Positions 61,867 to 64,000 of a DNA stretch of 64,000 nt are shown one piece after another (the first letter of the stretch is position 1; each line of letters begins with the position of its first letter). The stretch is from an uncultured Christensenellaceae bacterium. Lineage in GTDB: Bacteria > Bacillota > Clostridia > Christensenellales > UBA3700. The position numbers and the translations under genes were made by a program. Location: assembly GCA_910587685.1 (NCBI GenBank), contig CAJUMY010000003.1, positions 64,600 to 128,599 of the forward strand, read 5' to 3'. Under the pieces are notes generated by a model. That model saw only the letters and a program-made list of their open reading frames with translations, had not been told where the DNA came from and did no database searches.

Positions 61867-63036
61867 ATGAATAAATTATTGATCAAAAACGTTCGTCCTT
61901 TTATTGGCGGACGCATCGAAAACTTGAGTAGCATATTAATAGAAAACGGCGAAATAACGGCGATACTAAACGCCGGAGAAAGCGTCGAGAACGCCGAGAT
62001 ATTTGACGGTAGAGGCAATATCGCCGCAAGCGGTTACATCGACATCCACACCCACGGCGGTTACGGTCACGACGTTATGGAAGCGACGGAAGAGGCTCTC
62101 TATAGCATCAGCAGATTCCACCTCGATAACGGCGTCACTACGTACGTTCCGACTACGCTTACCGCGTCGATCCCGGACACGAGAAAGACTCTCGACTTCC
62201 TTCTTCACTATAACGATCCAAACGTCGCAAGAAGGTACGGTTCGCATCTCGAAGGTCCTTACCTTTCGCCCAAAGCGGCTGGCGCCCATCCGCCTCATCT
62301 TCTCCTCGATCCCGACGAGAATAATTCATCATTCATATGGGACTATAACTGCGTCGTATCGCGTATAACCGTCGCCCCCAATCTCTCCGGCGCAGGCTGG
62401 CTGACAAAGGAATGCGTTGAAAACGGTATTCAGGTATCGGCAGGACACGACAACGCCATAGACGACGAAATAGACGTGATGTTCGATAGCGGCGCCACGT
62501 CAGTCACTCATATGTATAACTGCACTTCGCGTCCTTCAAGAAGAGAGACCCCGAAAAAACATCTCGGACTCACGGAAATGGGACTTATAGACGATAGAAT
62601 AACTTGCGAAATAATAGCGGACGACAGGCACGTTCCAAACCGTCTGTTCAAAATGATATTCAAGCTCAAAGGCGCCGATAAAATAGCGCTTGTCTCCGAT
62701 TCGCTGAGCGTTGCGGGCATGGAAGCCGGCGACTATTTTCTCGGTAGCGGAGATTCGAAACAGGTGATACGAGTCGAAGACGGCGTTGCGACGCTCCCGA
62801 GCGAAAACACGTACGCCGGTTCCGTTACCCCGATATCGTTAATGGCAAAGAACCTCGTTAAGAACGTCGGAATATCTATCGAGGACGCGCTAACTATGGC
62901 GATACTGACACCGGCAAAGCTCATGAACATGACTGACAGAGGCGATATTCGTGTCGGCTATCTCGCAGATATCAATATTCTCGATAACGATCTCAATATC
63001 GTAAATACCGTATTTAACGGCAAAATCGTAAAGTAA
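61867..63036 (+). CDS. nagA: N-acetylglucosamine-6-phosphate deacetylase
   Basis: 389 aa. DIHTHGGYGHD metal motif and an amidohydrolase-fold C-terminal pattern. Confidence 0.88.
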   Translation: MNKLLIKNVRPFIGGRIENLSSILIENGEITAILNAGESVENAEIFDGRGNIAASGYIDIHTHGGYGHDVMEATEEALYSISRFHLDNGVTTYVPTTLTASIPDTRKTLDFLLHYNDPNVARRYGSHLEGPYLSPKAAGAHPPHLLLDPDENNSSFIWDYNCVVSRITVAPNLSGAGWLTKECVENGIQVSAGHDNAIDDEIDVMFDSGATSVTHMYNCTSRPSRRETPKKHLGLTEMGLIDDRITCEIIADDRHVPNRLFKMIFKLKGADKIALVSDSLSVAGMEAGDYFLGSGDSKQVIRVEDGVATLPSENTYAGSVTPISLMAKNLVKNVGISIEDALTMAILTPAKLMNMTDRGDIRVGYLADINILDNDLNIVNTVFNGKIVK

Positions 63037-63101
63037 ACCGACGGATTTAGAACAAATCTTAAAAACAAATTAAAATCGAAATATAATATACAACAATAAA
63101 C

Positions 63102-63135
63102 AAGGCTTTTCTGCAAAAGAAGAGCCTTATTTTAT
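63102..63135 (+). terminator. intrinsic terminator after nagA
   Basis: 10-bp stem AAGGCTTTTC/GAAGAGCCTT (one G:U), 7-nt loop, then ATTTTAT. Confidence 0.7.
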
Positions 63136-63307
63136 AAATTCAGCGAAAATGGCGGCGCAATATTCCTAAAAATATAAAATCATACCGTATCATTTCTAAA
63201 TCTCACAGTATCAATGTCTTTGCGATAACCGCCTTTTTTCTAAAAAAAGTTGTCGCGCTTTGGAAGGCGGATTTTAATATTACCGCCCACAGCTTGTAAC
63301 GTAAAAC

Positions 63308-63338
63308 AAAACGACCCGAGATAATGACGGGTCGTTTT
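63308..63338. terminator. 11-bp hairpin, possible bidirectional terminator
   Basis: AAAACGACCCG-9 nt-CGGGTCGTTTT, with U-rich flanks on both strands. Confidence 0.45.
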
Positions 63339-63546
63339 GTCGTGTTTAGGAAGTCGAAAACTGATTTAATAAAAAATCTTTCTATTGAGTTATTTCGTTA
63401 TGTCGTATCTTTGTGATTTACAAATTCATTTTATTAGGCGTAACTGAATTAAATATGAATTTTCAACAATTTTTTCATTTTTTCTGAAAAATTTTTATCT
63501 TACTCCGAAACATATACGTTTGATTTTCACAAACGCAACTTCAGCG

Positions 63547-64000
63547 TCAAAGACGTTGCCAGTCCGACGTTTGCGCTTCGCTCAGCGTCTTTTCTATCCT
63601 GTTTTTAACGTAGCTTATTTCGTTATCGTAATGCGTCCAGAACGTCAATAACGGTATATTTGCTTCTCCACATATTTCTTTGACTCTAAAATCTCTGTAC
63701 TGCCTATTCTTTTCAAAGTGCGATTTATCGTTAAGTTCGATAAGGAGCTTTATCTCCATAGTGACTTTATCCACCAAAGCGAAATCCACTATTCTGTACA
63801 ACTCGCTTTGAAATCTCGCGTCGCTCTTCTTTCTAATAACGCTCGATAGCGGCACCTGCGCCGCGACTATATATTTTTCAGCAAACACGCTTGCGAGTTT
63901 ATTATAAAACGAGTATTCGCTCCTCGTCATATAGCTTTTTCTTTCGTATACTATAGGACTCTTTACGTTAATATCGTTATATTCTTTTTGAACCGAAGAG
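63547..64000 (-). CDS. DUF2726-domain (nuclease-like) protein; N-terminus probably outside the window
   Basis: RIVDFALVD ... IELNDKSH pattern is typical of DUF2726. The reading frame remains open upstream of the listed ATG (63930) to nt 64000. Confidence 0.6.
   Translation of the reverse strand, partial: SSVQKEYNDINVKSPIVYERKSYMTRSEYSFYNKLASVFAEKYIVAAQVPLSSVIRKKSDARFQSELYRIVDFALVDKVTMEIKLLIELNDKSHFEKNRQYRDFRVKEICGEANIPLLTFWTHYDNEISYVKNRIEKTLSEAQTSDWQRL

Noticed and set aside
1-64000. Prophage, transposon, integron or toxin-antitoxin content.
   Set aside because: No integrase, transposase, recombinase, capsid or terminase-like ORF and no terminal inverted repeats were recognised. The small gene pairs present do not look like TA modules.

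Overview
This window looks like a chromosomal, mostly housekeeping segment of a mid/low-GC Firmicutes (Clostridia-like) genome. About 40 of roughly 47 genes lie on the minus strand. Recognisable core genes include yaaT(ricT)-holB-tmk-yaaO-like decarboxylase-argS-ychF-ftsH, secA, comFC-recD2, metK with a SAM-I riboswitch, rpoC-rpoB, rqcP-ispDF, rho, prs and nagA. I saw no rRNA or tRNA genes and no transposase, integrase or phage genes. Four stretches are not ordinary. (1) A small 36-nt-repeat/30-nt-spacer CRISPR array with a type II (Cas9-family) style repeat sits directly behind secA, and there is no cas gene anywhere in the 64 kb. (2) A three-gene operon encodes a secreted Gly-X-Y/(GGN)n glycine-repeat protein plus two tandem MacB-type ATPase-permease fusions with very large extracytoplasmic domains. 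(3) A 1453-aa N-terminally anchored protein is built from about five divergent 240-300-aa internal repeats and has no domain I can name. (4) An SCP2-like protein sits with an intact Fe-alcohol dehydrogenase and a paralogue that has lost the cofactor and metal motifs. All product calls come from reading the translated ORFs and motifs from memory. No database search was run.
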